Virus record (IMG/VR): IMGVR_UViG_3300045988_066560
Span: 1 to 34,468 of that record
DNA length: 34,468 bases
From: a virus
Strand: one strand, 5' to 3'
The notes under the pieces were generated by a model. That model was not told the origin of the DNA. It ran no database searches and worked only from the letters and a program-made list of their open reading frames with translations. The translations under genes were made by a program, and so were the position numbers. This document shows positions 9,469-16,964 of this stretch, piece by piece (within the stretch, counting starts at the first letter, position 1; each line of letters starts with the position of its first letter).

Positions 9469-9645
9469 ATGAAAACAGATATCGAGGAATTACGCAAAAA
9501 ATACATTGACAATCCACCAGAAGGAATGACTCCTAAGGACATTCGCAATATGAGCGAGGAGGAGCTTCTGGATATGGATTACTTTTTAAACGAAGATGAT
9601 TTATTTGCCGATGAGGCTGGTGTAGAAGGTTTTTATATCTTCTAA
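9469..9645 (+). CDS. Small highly acidic protein (58 aa), function unknown
   Basis: AAGGAGG lies 9 nt upstream of the ATG at 9469. A hairpin plus T-tract follows. Sequence is rich in D/E (EEELLDMDYFLNEDDLFADEAGVEGF). Confidence 0.6.
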   Translation: MKTDIEELRKKYIDNPPEGMTPKDIRNMSEEELLDMDYFLNEDDLFADEAGVEGFYIF

Positions 9646-9666
9646 CGAGCGTCATCTTGTTTCTAT

Positions 9667-9692
9667 GCCCACCTTTGTGTGGGCTATTTTCA
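9667..9692 (+). terminator. Rho-independent terminator after the acidic ORF
   Basis: GCCCAC-CTTTGT-GTGGGC followed by TATTTTCATT. Confidence 0.6.
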
Positions 9693-9724
9693 TTCATTGT
9701 TCCAACAAAAGTCGGAATTTCCTA

Positions 9725-9758
9725 TTATATAAGAAAAGCACCTGTTTCCAGATGCTTT
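9725..9758 (-). terminator. Rho-independent terminator downstream of the tRNA
   Basis: Minus strand AAAGCATCTG-GAAA-CAGGTGCTTT (10 bp including one G-U pair, GNRA loop) followed by TCTTATATAAT. Confidence 0.65.
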
Positions 9759-9813
9759 CTCTTTGCTGATATACTGCCACAATCAGCTCGGTTTATAATT
9801 CTTTCTAGCCAAA

Positions 9814-9886
9814 TCGGAGATGCTGGGTTTGAACCAGCGACTTGCTGTGTATAAGACAGGTGCTCTACCAACTGAGCTAATCTCCG
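9814..9886 (-). tRNA. tRNA with anticodon TAT (tRNA-Ile UAU by anticodon), 73 nt, no encoded CCA
   Basis: Hand-folded cloverleaf. The 7-bp acceptor stem is CGGAGAT/ATCTCCG. D arm GCTC-AGTTGGTA-GAGC. Anticodon arm CCTGT-CTTATAC-ACAGC (one C-C mismatch at 27:43). T arm GCTGG-TTCAAAC-CCAGC. U8, A14, G18G19, T54T55C56 and A58 are present. Confidence 0.8.
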
Positions 9887-10131
9887 ATTGGCAGCAAGGA
9901 CTTGCCGTACTGCTGCCATTGTGCTTAAAAATAATAAGGTTAGGGAGAAGACGGTCTTCGCAAGTCTCTCTATAAGAGCCACCTTGCAGGCGTTACCGTC
10001 TGAGCCTGATACAGCAGCAAGGCTGTGACACCCTGCTGCCGTTCTACATTGTTCAAAGGAGCATTATGTCTCTTTCAGATTTACCACGTATACACTATAT
10101 CATACACCGAATGTGAATTACTAGGAACTCT
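9887..10131 (-). other. GC-rich, hairpin-dense noncoding region between the late regulator and the tRNA
   Basis: No credible ORF. Two copies of the hairpin GCAGCAAGG-N10-CTGCTGCC (plus-strand 9890-9917 and 10012-10041) flank a long imperfect hairpin GACGGT...ACCGTC (9941-10000). Confidence 0.5.
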
Positions 10132-10563
10132 TTATATTGTAAAATTGTTTAATGCCCTGCCATGTATCTTTATAATATTCCTGTACGTGTACTCCATTTT
10201 AATTGCTATTTCTTCCCACTTCATCCCTCTCAAATATCGGTATGTAAGCACATCTTTCTCATTTTCGTCTTCCATTTTTTCTATCCGGTTTCTGATTTCC
10301 TGCTGCTTCTGCAATCTATTATATCTTTTTCTGAGTATCTTCTTTTCCAGTTCGTCTACCCTTGCCATGTAAGAGGACAAATCCGAACATCCAGAAGCAT
10401 GAGGCATTCCATCCGATATACAGGAAGGACAATATTTATCCAATCTTATCTCTGCAAGTTCGTTTTCCATCCTTGCGAGCTGCCGACTGATTTTCTGAAA
10501 TCCAAGAAGATACTCTTTTTTTATTTCATTTTCTGTCTTTTCTTTTTTCTTTACTTCCTCCAC
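10132..10563 (-). CDS. Putative late-gene transcriptional regulator (sigma-70 region-4-like HTH, RinA/ArpU/DUF1492-like)
   Basis: C-terminal DVLTYRYLRGMKWEEIAIKMEYTYRNIIKIHGRALNNF resembles a sigma region 4 HTH. Sits immediately upstream of the packaging module. GTG start with AAGGAG 6 nt upstream. Confidence 0.55.
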   Translation of the reverse strand: MEEVKKKEKTENEIKKEYLLGFQKISRQLARMENELAEIRLDKYCPSCISDGMPHASGCSDLSSYMARVDELEKKILRKRYNRLQKQQEIRNRIEKMEDENEKDVLTYRYLRGMKWEEIAIKMEYTYRNIIKIHGRALNNFTI

Positions 10564-10566
10564 CTG

Positions 10567-10761
10567 TTACTCCTTCCAGCCATATTTCTTCCTGCTCTTT
10601 CTATCTCTTACACGAATTTCTACCAGTTCCAAACCTATTGCACCTAATAATCCCTTTAAACTGTTTATTACCTGCTTAATATGCCGATTATCTTCTTTCG
10701 TAATATTTCCAATAGCTTCCTGCTCTGTCGGAACAGGCGCACCTGAAGCGTTTTTCATCAT
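10567..10761 (-). CDS. Hypothetical protein
   Basis: 64-aa ORF, tightly packed (TAA-ATG junction with the upstream small ORF). Confidence 0.5.
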   Translation of the reverse strand: MMKNASGAPVPTEQEAIGNITKEDNRHIKQVINSLKGLLGAIGLELVEIRVRDRKSRKKYGWKE

Positions 10762-10890
10762 TTACTTTTCACCTTCCCATTCTGTTTGCCCTTCACTCCA
10801 CTTATCGCAAGTATCTTCATCTTCCACTAAAATTCCTTTTCTATCACACAAGCCATCATCATTATAGATGCAGTTTTCGCAGTTATCCAT
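10762..10890 (-). CDS. Small Cys-containing protein (42 aa)
   Basis: Hand translation MDNCENCIYNDDGLCDRKGILVEDEDTCDKWSEGQTEWEGEK. Fills the gap exactly and overlaps the upstream stop. Below the ORF-track size cutoff. Confidence 0.45.
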   Translation of the reverse strand: MDNCENCIYNDDGLCDRKGILVEDEDTCDKWSEGQTEWEGEK

Positions 10891-11335
10891 TTTCTTTTCC
10901 TCCTTTATATGGCTCTGGAAGTGGCTGCCATGCTAAAATCTTTCCATCGTATATTCCGTAAGTCCAGTACCATAAACACTCTTTAAATCTCATTCTTTTC
11001 ACTGGATATTCTTCGTCATCGCACGTCACAAGGTAAATTCCATCTTTTTTAGGCTTACTTTGTTCTGTATATGGTATCCAATTGTTATCTGTGCACACCG
11101 TTGGTTGTTCATCAATTAGTCTTTTGCTACCAACATTTGTGTCCTTGCCAGTGCCCATATAGGAACGGATTATTTTTTCAATCTCTTCCAATTCCGCTAC
11201 TTTGCCACAAATTTCATTGATATTCCTCTGACTTACCTGCAATATTAATTCATCTTTATATTTTTGCTTTCTATCTTCAATCTCTTCCAAAATCTTCTCT
11301 AGTACGTTCATGTTATTCATTCCATCCCTTCCCAT
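10883..11335 (-). CDS. DUF551-like domain protein
   Basis: The C-terminal part NWIPYTEQSKPKKDGIYLVTCDD...AWQPLPEPYKG resembles DUF551 phage proteins. Confidence 0.5.
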   Translation of the reverse strand: MGRDGMNNMNVLEKILEEIEDRKQKYKDELILQVSQRNINEICGKVAELEEIEKIIRSYMGTGKDTNVGSKRLIDEQPTVCTDNNWIPYTEQSKPKKDGIYLVTCDDEEYPVKRMRFKECLWYWTYGIYDGKILAWQPLPEPYKGGKENG

Positions 11336-11546
11336 GCAAAATCAATTCCGCTGGAATATACTCCACTTCTGTATCTCCTGTAAAATCTGTCAGCCTTCCT
11401 TTACTGAAATCATAAGCATTGACGCATCCATCTTCATGACAATTAGATACTTTCATAAACAATCTTCCATCCCAGCGGAAAACATCCTCTAATTTGAGAT
11501 TTTTAAATTTTTTTGTTTCATTTCTTGTTCTATCAACTATTTTCAC
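11313..11546 (-). CDS. Hypothetical protein
   Basis: 77-aa ORF in the operon chain. Confidence 0.5.
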   Translation of the reverse strand: MKIVDRTRNETKKFKNLKLEDVFRWDGRLFMKVSNCHEDGCVNAYDFSKGRLTDFTGDTEVEYIPAELILHGKGWNE

Positions 11547-12008
11547 TTACTCCACCTCCAACAACTCTGGATTATCAAAGATATTTCCGATTACTTCCAC
11601 ACATTCCCTTTCGCAAGCATAAAACCCAAGGTTGCAAGCACTAAAGTGTTTTTCTTTTCCCAGTGCGTAGCTGTAATCCAACTGCCAGTCTCCTTTGTTA
11701 TATGTTACAATCTCAGGATGTTTCTCTTTCCTGTCACAAATATCATTTTCCCAAATCTTCTTACCGTTCTTGTCGGTAAGTCCTGTGTACTGGCAGAGGG
11801 TGTCGGGGTCGATTTCAAATTGCAAAAACCTGTTCGGTAATCCCCAATCCGTCATAGTTTCGTACAAAATATAATGATGTGTTGGTACAGGATATCTTTC
11901 ATAATCTTCTGAAATACAATATGTTGTTTCATCTAACTTACAATAATACCCCTCCACCCATTTACCATTATCTTTTCTCTTTGCTTTAAAAAGTATTTTT
12001 CTACTCAT
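11547..12008 (-). CDS. YopX-family protein
   Basis: ILFKAKRKDNGKWVEGYY ... YTGLTDKNGKKIWENDI ... VIGNIFDNPELLE are characteristic YopX blocks. Confidence 0.8.
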   Translation of the reverse strand: MSRKILFKAKRKDNGKWVEGYYCKLDETTYCISEDYERYPVPTHHYILYETMTDWGLPNRFLQFEIDPDTLCQYTGLTDKNGKKIWENDICDRKEKHPEIVTYNKGDWQLDYSYALGKEKHFSACNLGFYACERECVEVIGNIFDNPELLEVE

Positions 12009-12032
12009 GTTTAATCCTTTCTATCTTTCGCC

Positions 12033-12833
12033 TTAATAGTCAAATATACTCATCTGTTTCTCTGGTTCAAAATTCATCCACAGCATTTCTCTCTTTTTGC
12101 TGCATACCTGCGAATAGCAAAATGTTTCTTCCCTGTGCCAGTCTTTCAGCATCTCATTATATAGCTCACTTTCATATCCGCTTATAATCGCAGGTCCTTT
12201 ATGTAACTTCAAAAGAGCCAGAAGAGCTTCATGGTCTTTATCCGTCATTTCTTCTTTGTATTGCTTTCCGTGCCTTGTTTTCAGCATATACGGAGGGTCT
12301 GCATAGATAAGAACATTTGGGAAGTTATAACGAGCTATCACGTCTATTGCTGGCCGTTGCTCTATCTGTACTCCCCTGAGTCGTTCTGCTGCTGTTATAA
12401 TTCTTTCTGGCAAAGTCGTCCAGTCTGCTGCAGCATAAGCTCTTTCTCTTCCTTGTACGTCACTTTTCCAACCTACTTGTTGGCCATTTGTCCGAAAACC
12501 ATGCCCCATGTTTAGTTTTATCAAAAAGTGTACTGCTTTATAAAGGCTGTTTTCCGGTATACGTCTAAAGCTTTCCTGATAAACTTGTCTTGCGTATGGT
12601 GTATAATACACTTCTTTAGCCAGACGTTCCGGATCTCTTTTTATCCACTCGAAAAGATTTGTTACGTTTCCATCCAAGTCATTTACTGTTTCTATATGAC
12701 TTCTGGTTTTATTAAATAATACAGCCCCTGAACCAAAGAATGGCTCTAAATATGTGTGATGTTCTGGAAAGAAATTTATAATCCAATCTGCAATAGACCA
12801 TTTACTTCCTGGATACTTTATTATCGCTTTCAT
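12033..12833 (-). CDS. dam: DNA N6-adenine methyltransferase, Dam-like (D12 class), orphan
   Basis: Motif I EPFFGSGAV and motif IV DPPY. N-terminal KYPGSKW. No adjacent restriction endonuclease. Confidence 0.85.
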   Translation of the reverse strand: MKAIIKYPGSKWSIADWIINFFPEHHTYLEPFFGSGAVLFNKTRSHIETVNDLDGNVTNLFEWIKRDPERLAKEVYYTPYARQVYQESFRRIPENSLYKAVHFLIKLNMGHGFRTNGQQVGWKSDVQGRERAYAAADWTTLPERIITAAERLRGVQIEQRPAIDVIARYNFPNVLIYADPPYMLKTRHGKQYKEEMTDKDHEALLALLKLHKGPAIISGYESELYNEMLKDWHREETFCYSQVCSKKREMLWMNFEPEKQMSIFDY

Positions 12834-13014
12834 TTCTTTCTGTCAGTTCCTCCTCTATCTCCTTATTCGTAAGCTTTTCCAAATTCCCGCCGCAGAAGAA
12901 AATACCTCCTGCCGGTGTAATCTGTATACGCTCCATAATACTTTCTGTTTTCTTTCCCTCTACTATACGTCTACGGATGTATTTCTGTTTGGGGATTAAA
13001 TTAGATTTCTTCAT
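12802..13014 (-). CDS. Hypothetical protein
   Basis: 70-aa ORF in the operon chain. Overlaps the dam start. Confidence 0.45.
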   Translation of the reverse strand: MKKSNLIPKQKYIRRRIVEGKKTESIMERIQITPAGGIFFCGGNLEKLTNKEIEEELTERNESDNKVSRK

Positions 13015-13022
13015 GTGTCCTC

Positions 13023-13496
13023 CTATAAAATTGTTTCATAGCAATCTTTCTTGCCGTTATATTTCACCGGTACAGGTGATTTGCAATTTATGCACTCCAT
13101 ATCAAACATCTCTTCTTTCTTGTTTGTCATGTATTTAAAACTGCTGCCACATTCGCATTTTACATACATTGGTATCAATGGTTCTTTAAATTCCTCATTA
13201 CAACCACATACGTCACAATGAATACTGTGTTGCCCTTTCTTGGAACATAATCCTCTTTCCGCTCCGCACTCCGGACAATGTATATATAAAAATCCTTTGT
13301 ATTCATATTTGCTTTGTTCTTCTAAAATTCCCGAAGCTTTTTCGTTCATTTTCTTCTGCACTTCATGCTTCGCTTCTTGAGTACTTGCTTCCCCCGGTTC
13401 CAAAAGCATTTGGATTATCTCATTAAACTTCTTTTCACTCTGTTCTTCATTTTCTTTTAATACAAATCTTCTTGTTTTTGTTGTAATTGTCAGCAT
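13023..13496 (-). CDS. Double zinc-ribbon protein
   Basis: CPECG...CDVCGC and CECG...CINC cysteine pairs. AGGAGG 9 nt upstream of the ATG. Confidence 0.55.
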   Translation of the reverse strand: MLTITTKTRRFVLKENEEQSEKKFNEIIQMLLEPGEASTQEAKHEVQKKMNEKASGILEEQSKYEYKGFLYIHCPECGAERGLCSKKGQHSIHCDVCGCNEEFKEPLIPMYVKCECGSSFKYMTNKKEEMFDMECINCKSPVPVKYNGKKDCYETIL

Positions 13497-13552
13497 CTTT
13501 ATTTTCCTCCTGTGCTTCCATCATTTTCTTAACCATATATCCGCCAACAGAA

Positions 13553-14158
13553 TTATTTCTGCTGTTTTTTTGAAAAATCATACTTTTCCATTTCCCATAA
13601 AATAAACTGTTCTTTTGTCCCTTCTCTGGGTTTGAATGTTCCGCATCTTAAAGTGCAGGCTTCATTCTGCCAGTAAATTTCTTTCCCTTGGCTTAACGGT
13701 GGGCTTATCATGCCTTCGCCTTTTTCCCTGCTTCTGCTATCTACCATAGATACAATATTTTCCGGAAGCATATTGCACTCCAAAGTATTCATATTTTGTA
13801 AAACTGCTGCTCCTCTTCCATAATCGCAGATACGCACTCCTGTATCTATGTATTGCGTTTTAAAGTATGTAATGTCCGGTTTGTAAATGGTTTTCTGGAG
13901 CAAATCCAACTCTTCCCACTGGTCTTCCTCATTTTTCCAGAAATTCGCCGCATTTCCCGGCAATGGTATTGCACCTATCAGTTCAATAATTGCCGCTTTT
14001 GCTTTCTTCGTCATTAGATATTCTTCTAAGTAAATACTCCAATATCCGTTTGCCATTCCGGTAAGATAAATTCCTTCTCCGTCATTTCCTACTACAAGTC
14101 CTGCTCCCTGCCATTCTTTTTTTATTAAAGCCTTAAATAAATTTAATTTCAAAAACAT
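13553..14158 (-). CDS. Hypothetical protein (201 aa)
   Basis: Long ORF with an AAAGGAG RBS. No motif recognised. Confidence 0.55.
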   Translation of the reverse strand: MFLKLNLFKALIKKEWQGAGLVVGNDGEGIYLTGMANGYWSIYLEEYLMTKKAKAAIIELIGAIPLPGNAANFWKNEEDQWEELDLLQKTIYKPDITYFKTQYIDTGVRICDYGRGAAVLQNMNTLECNMLPENIVSMVDSRSREKGEGMISPPLSQGKEIYWQNEACTLRCGTFKPREGTKEQFILWEMEKYDFSKKQQK

Positions 14159-14162
14159 ATTT

Positions 14163-14273
14163 TTATCTCCTTTTCTTTGCGTTTTTCACTATCTGCTTCC
14201 TTGGCTTCCTGCTGCCTACGCATCTTCCAGACTGTTTTCCATAAATAAATACAGTAAAGTTATTTCTCCCCAT
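14163..14273 (-). CDS. Small basic protein (36 aa)
   Basis: Hand translation MGRNNFTVFIYGKQSGRCVGSRKPRKQIVKNAKKRR. TAGGAGGATACA precedes the ATG. Fills the intergenic gap. Confidence 0.4.
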   Translation of the reverse strand: MGRNNFTVFIYGKQSGRCVGSRKPRKQIVKNAKKRR

Positions 14274-14282
14274 TGTATCCTC

Positions 14283-14798
14283 CTATGAAATTTCTTTTAG
14301 TAGTCTCTCTGCAACGTCTGTATAGCCACATCTTTCTAAAGCTTCCATAACCGCTTCCAAAGAAAGGAATTGACCTCTTGCTTCTTCATTTTCTCTTTCT
14401 ATTTTTTCTAAGGTTTCCAAATCCGGTGCAATTCCGCATACTTCCTGCAACTCTTTCGCCATATCCGATAACTTTACATAGTTTTTTCCGTACCGGTCAT
14501 ATTCCATGCACATAGCACTGTGCTTATCCATGTTTTCTTCAAATCTTTTCAGTCTTATGCTTTTCCAGCCATATTCTGTGTAGAGAGTCCATAGCGCTAC
14601 TGTTTTCATGGTATTCATTACATTTTTAGCCAGAAGGTCGTATGCTTCTCTTGCCGCCTTTTCGGGTATCTGCAAAGATAATCCCAATGCGCCACGTCTT
14701 TTTATGTCTTCCTGCAAATAATCTATTCCTTTTTCTTTCGCAAGTCTGAGGGCATATAAAGCTCCTTCTATTCTCCATTTTTCTTCTTTCTTGTTCAT
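14283..14798 (-). CDS. Hypothetical protein (171 aa)
   Basis: Long ORF in the operon chain. No motif recognised. Confidence 0.55.
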   Translation of the reverse strand: MNKKEEKWRIEGALYALRLAKEKGIDYLQEDIKRRGALGLSLQIPEKAAREAYDLLAKNVMNTMKTVALWTLYTEYGWKSIRLKRFEENMDKHSAMCMEYDRYGKNYVKLSDMAKELQEVCGIAPDLETLEKIERENEEARGQFLSLEAVMEALERCGYTDVAERLLKEIS

Positions 14799-14989
14799 TT
14801 TCTCCTCCTTGGTTCAAATACTCCTGCTGCTCTGCATTCTCCGGGCTTGCATGGTCTTCTTTTCCCGTGTCTTGCCAAATAGTCACACCCACTGTCTATG
14901 GATGATACCTTTATGGAATTCTTGCAATAATCGCAGTCTTTTGTACGTATATGCTTAATATCTCTTTCCGTCATGTTTTTCCAGCTCAT
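14795..14989 (-). CDS. Small Cys-rich basic protein
   Basis: The ATG at 14989 is preceded by AAGGAGGAATGT. CDYC...C...CKPGEC. Confidence 0.5.
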   Translation of the reverse strand: MSWKNMTERDIKHIRTKDCDYCKNSIKVSSIDSGCDYLARHGKRRPCKPGECRAAGVFEPRRRK

Positions 14990-14999
14990 ACATTCCTCC

Positions 15000-15455
15000 T
15001 TAACTAAATGGCAGTTCTTCATCAATTCCATCCGGGATATTCATGAAGCCATCTGCGTCCACAGTTGTTCCTGTGTTTCCGATCGTCTGTCCTGCTGCCG
15101 TGTTGCTTTGTGCATTGCTATTTCCTGCTGCGTTATTTTTACTTTCGGCAAATTCCTGTTCTTCTACAACTACATCTGTTGTATAGACTTTGTTCCCATC
15201 TCTGTTTGTATAGCTTCCAGTCTGAATTCTGCCACTTACTACAATACGGATACCTTGACGGAAGTATTTTTCGGCAAATTCTGCTGCCTTTCCGAAGGCA
15301 ACGCAACTAATAAAGTCTGCTGTTGCTTCGCCCTCTCTTTTTATTCTTCGGTCTACTGCCAGTGTATATCTGGCAATTCCCATTGGATTATCTCCGGCTG
15401 TATAATGTACATTTGGGTCTCTGGTTAATCTGCCCATTAAAATTACTTTATTCAT
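15000..15455 (-). CDS. ssb: Single-stranded DNA-binding protein
   Basis: OB-fold N-terminus MNKVILMGRLTRDP...ADFISCVAFGKAAEF...GRIQTGSY and an acidic C-terminal tip DGIDEELPFS. Confidence 0.92.
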   Translation of the reverse strand: MNKVILMGRLTRDPNVHYTAGDNPMGIARYTLAVDRRIKREGEATADFISCVAFGKAAEFAEKYFRQGIRIVVSGRIQTGSYTNRDGNKVYTTDVVVEEQEFAESKNNAAGNSNAQSNTAAGQTIGNTGTTVDADGFMNIPDGIDEELPFS

Positions 15456-15461
15456 GGTTTT

Positions 15462-16889
15462 TTACCCCTTCTGTATCTCTTTTATAAATTCTACAAGCTC
15501 TGTTTCGCTGTTCGGATATCTGCTGTACTTCTCGTGCTTCGTCCACTTTGGAATTCCGCTTTTTCTTGGTGGTTCTGTTCCTCCTACGAGATGAAAGTAA
15601 GAACTTATGTATGTTCCTGTGTATTCATTTTCGTTTTCGTATTCCTCTACAATCAGGGTTGCTCCATTTTCGAACTGGTATCTGTAGTATGTAGTTCCTA
15701 TATGTTCATCTTTATACCAGATGCCCCATTCTTTATAATTTCTAATCCATTCTTTTCTTTGGTCGTTATTTTTAAGTTTTGGAAGAGGAGGTTGGACTGG
15801 TTCCGGAAACTCGTTATCAAGTTCTGCAATCATTCCGGCCAATGCACCAACGATTAGTTTCTGTTTCCGTACCCGTATGTCTTTTTCTGTAAACTCCTCC
15901 GAAAGCATTGTTAAGTATCTTTGTGCTTTTTCTAGCTCTTCTTTTAAAAGCTCTATATCGGTCCGCTCAGTTGTCTGTTCATATTTTTCTGTCTGTTGCT
16001 CCATCTTTACAGCTTCGGTCTGTAATTCTTCTTTTACTTCCTGTTGCAGTTCGGCTTCTTCATTCTGTTGCGCCAGCGCAACAGGTTTGTTTTGCAATTC
16101 TTCTTGTGTTTCCTGCTGCACTTCCGGCGATATCTCCTCCGGTTCTGCTGCTTTTTTCCTAAGCCCTTCTAGCGCAATATTATTCCACATAGATTGGATT
16201 GCCGCCGCAAGATAGAACCAGTCGTAGTCTCCTATATAGTTGCTTTTCTCATCCCATAGCTGTACATAATCATCAAACAAGTTTGCGTGAGCTACTCCTC
16301 TTTCTGTGGAGAAGTACCGTGTTCTATGATTTATGCCCAGTTTTCTTTTTATCTCTTCTGGACTCTTATTTACCATCAGCACCCTGTTTGTATAATCCTC
16401 CAAAAACCAGCTATACATACTTTTAATTAAATGTTCGGCCAGTAACTTCAGATATTCTCTCTCCTGCTCGCTTGGTTTCTTTAATATTGTTTTCTTTTTT
16501 TCCTGGACTTCCTCCGGAAGCATTTCCGGATAGTCTTCAATACTCATCTGGCCTTCCAAATTTTCTTCTTGATTTTGAGGTTTTCGAATTTCTCTAATTT
16601 CTTTTGCTGTCATTTCCGGTTTCGCCTGTTCTATTTGCTTATCGTCCAGATACAGCATTTCCTGTAACTGGCTTTTCCCAAAAGAAGCAAACTCTTGTCT
16701 TAATTCCGGAGAGTTCCCACCCTCGGAGAATTTATCATTCATGTGCATCCATCTGCTGCAAGTGCTTTTACTTATTCCGTAGGTGTCCTGTGCAAATTCC
16801 CATATACTTTCAAATCCATCCTGTATATAAAGTTTCTTGTCACGAATGTATTTGAGATAATAGCCTATAGTTATAAATTTCTTAGACAT
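15462..16889 (-). CDS. HTH DNA-binding protein with long E/Q-rich coiled-coil. Possible replication organiser or ParB-like protein
   Basis: N-terminal IGYYLKYIRDKKLYIQDGFESIWEFAQDTYGISKSTCSRWM resembles plasmid/phage HTH domains. Located next to ssb and rep. Confidence 0.4.
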   Translation of the reverse strand: MSKKFITIGYYLKYIRDKKLYIQDGFESIWEFAQDTYGISKSTCSRWMHMNDKFSEGGNSPELRQEFASFGKSQLQEMLYLDDKQIEQAKPEMTAKEIREIRKPQNQEENLEGQMSIEDYPEMLPEEVQEKKKTILKKPSEQEREYLKLLAEHLIKSMYSWFLEDYTNRVLMVNKSPEEIKRKLGINHRTRYFSTERGVAHANLFDDYVQLWDEKSNYIGDYDWFYLAAAIQSMWNNIALEGLRKKAAEPEEISPEVQQETQEELQNKPVALAQQNEEAELQQEVKEELQTEAVKMEQQTEKYEQTTERTDIELLKEELEKAQRYLTMLSEEFTEKDIRVRKQKLIVGALAGMIAELDNEFPEPVQPPLPKLKNNDQRKEWIRNYKEWGIWYKDEHIGTTYYRYQFENGATLIVEEYENENEYTGTYISSYFHLVGGTEPPRKSGIPKWTKHEKYSRYPNSETELVEFIKEIQKG

Positions 16890-16964
16890 ACTTTCTAAAT
16901 CTTTCCGGATTATGTCTTTCGCTCTGGTCTTGCAAGATGCTCTTTTGTTTCTTACCTGTTTTCT

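Larger units (their letters stand above)
8169..9724 (+). mobile_element. IS91-family (rolling-circle, Y2 HUH transposase) insertion sequence with a small passenger ORF. Exact ends not resolved
   Basis: An opposite-strand block containing the transposase. It is bounded by the phage HNH RBS on the left and the phage tRNA terminator on the right. Hairpins lie at 8178-8192 and 8205-8223 near the left end and at 9667-9684 near the right end. Confidence 0.7.

Noticed and set aside
9725-9982. 85-aa minus-strand ORF.
   Set aside because: It runs straight through the tRNA gene and the hairpin-rich noncoding region, so the cloverleaf explains the sequence better.
14626-14892. 88-aa minus-strand ORF overlapping two neighbouring genes. 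The 26699-26995 98-aa ORF is similar.
   Set aside because: They are out-of-frame overlaps with better-supported ORFs, have Arg/Gly-rich composition and lack an RBS.
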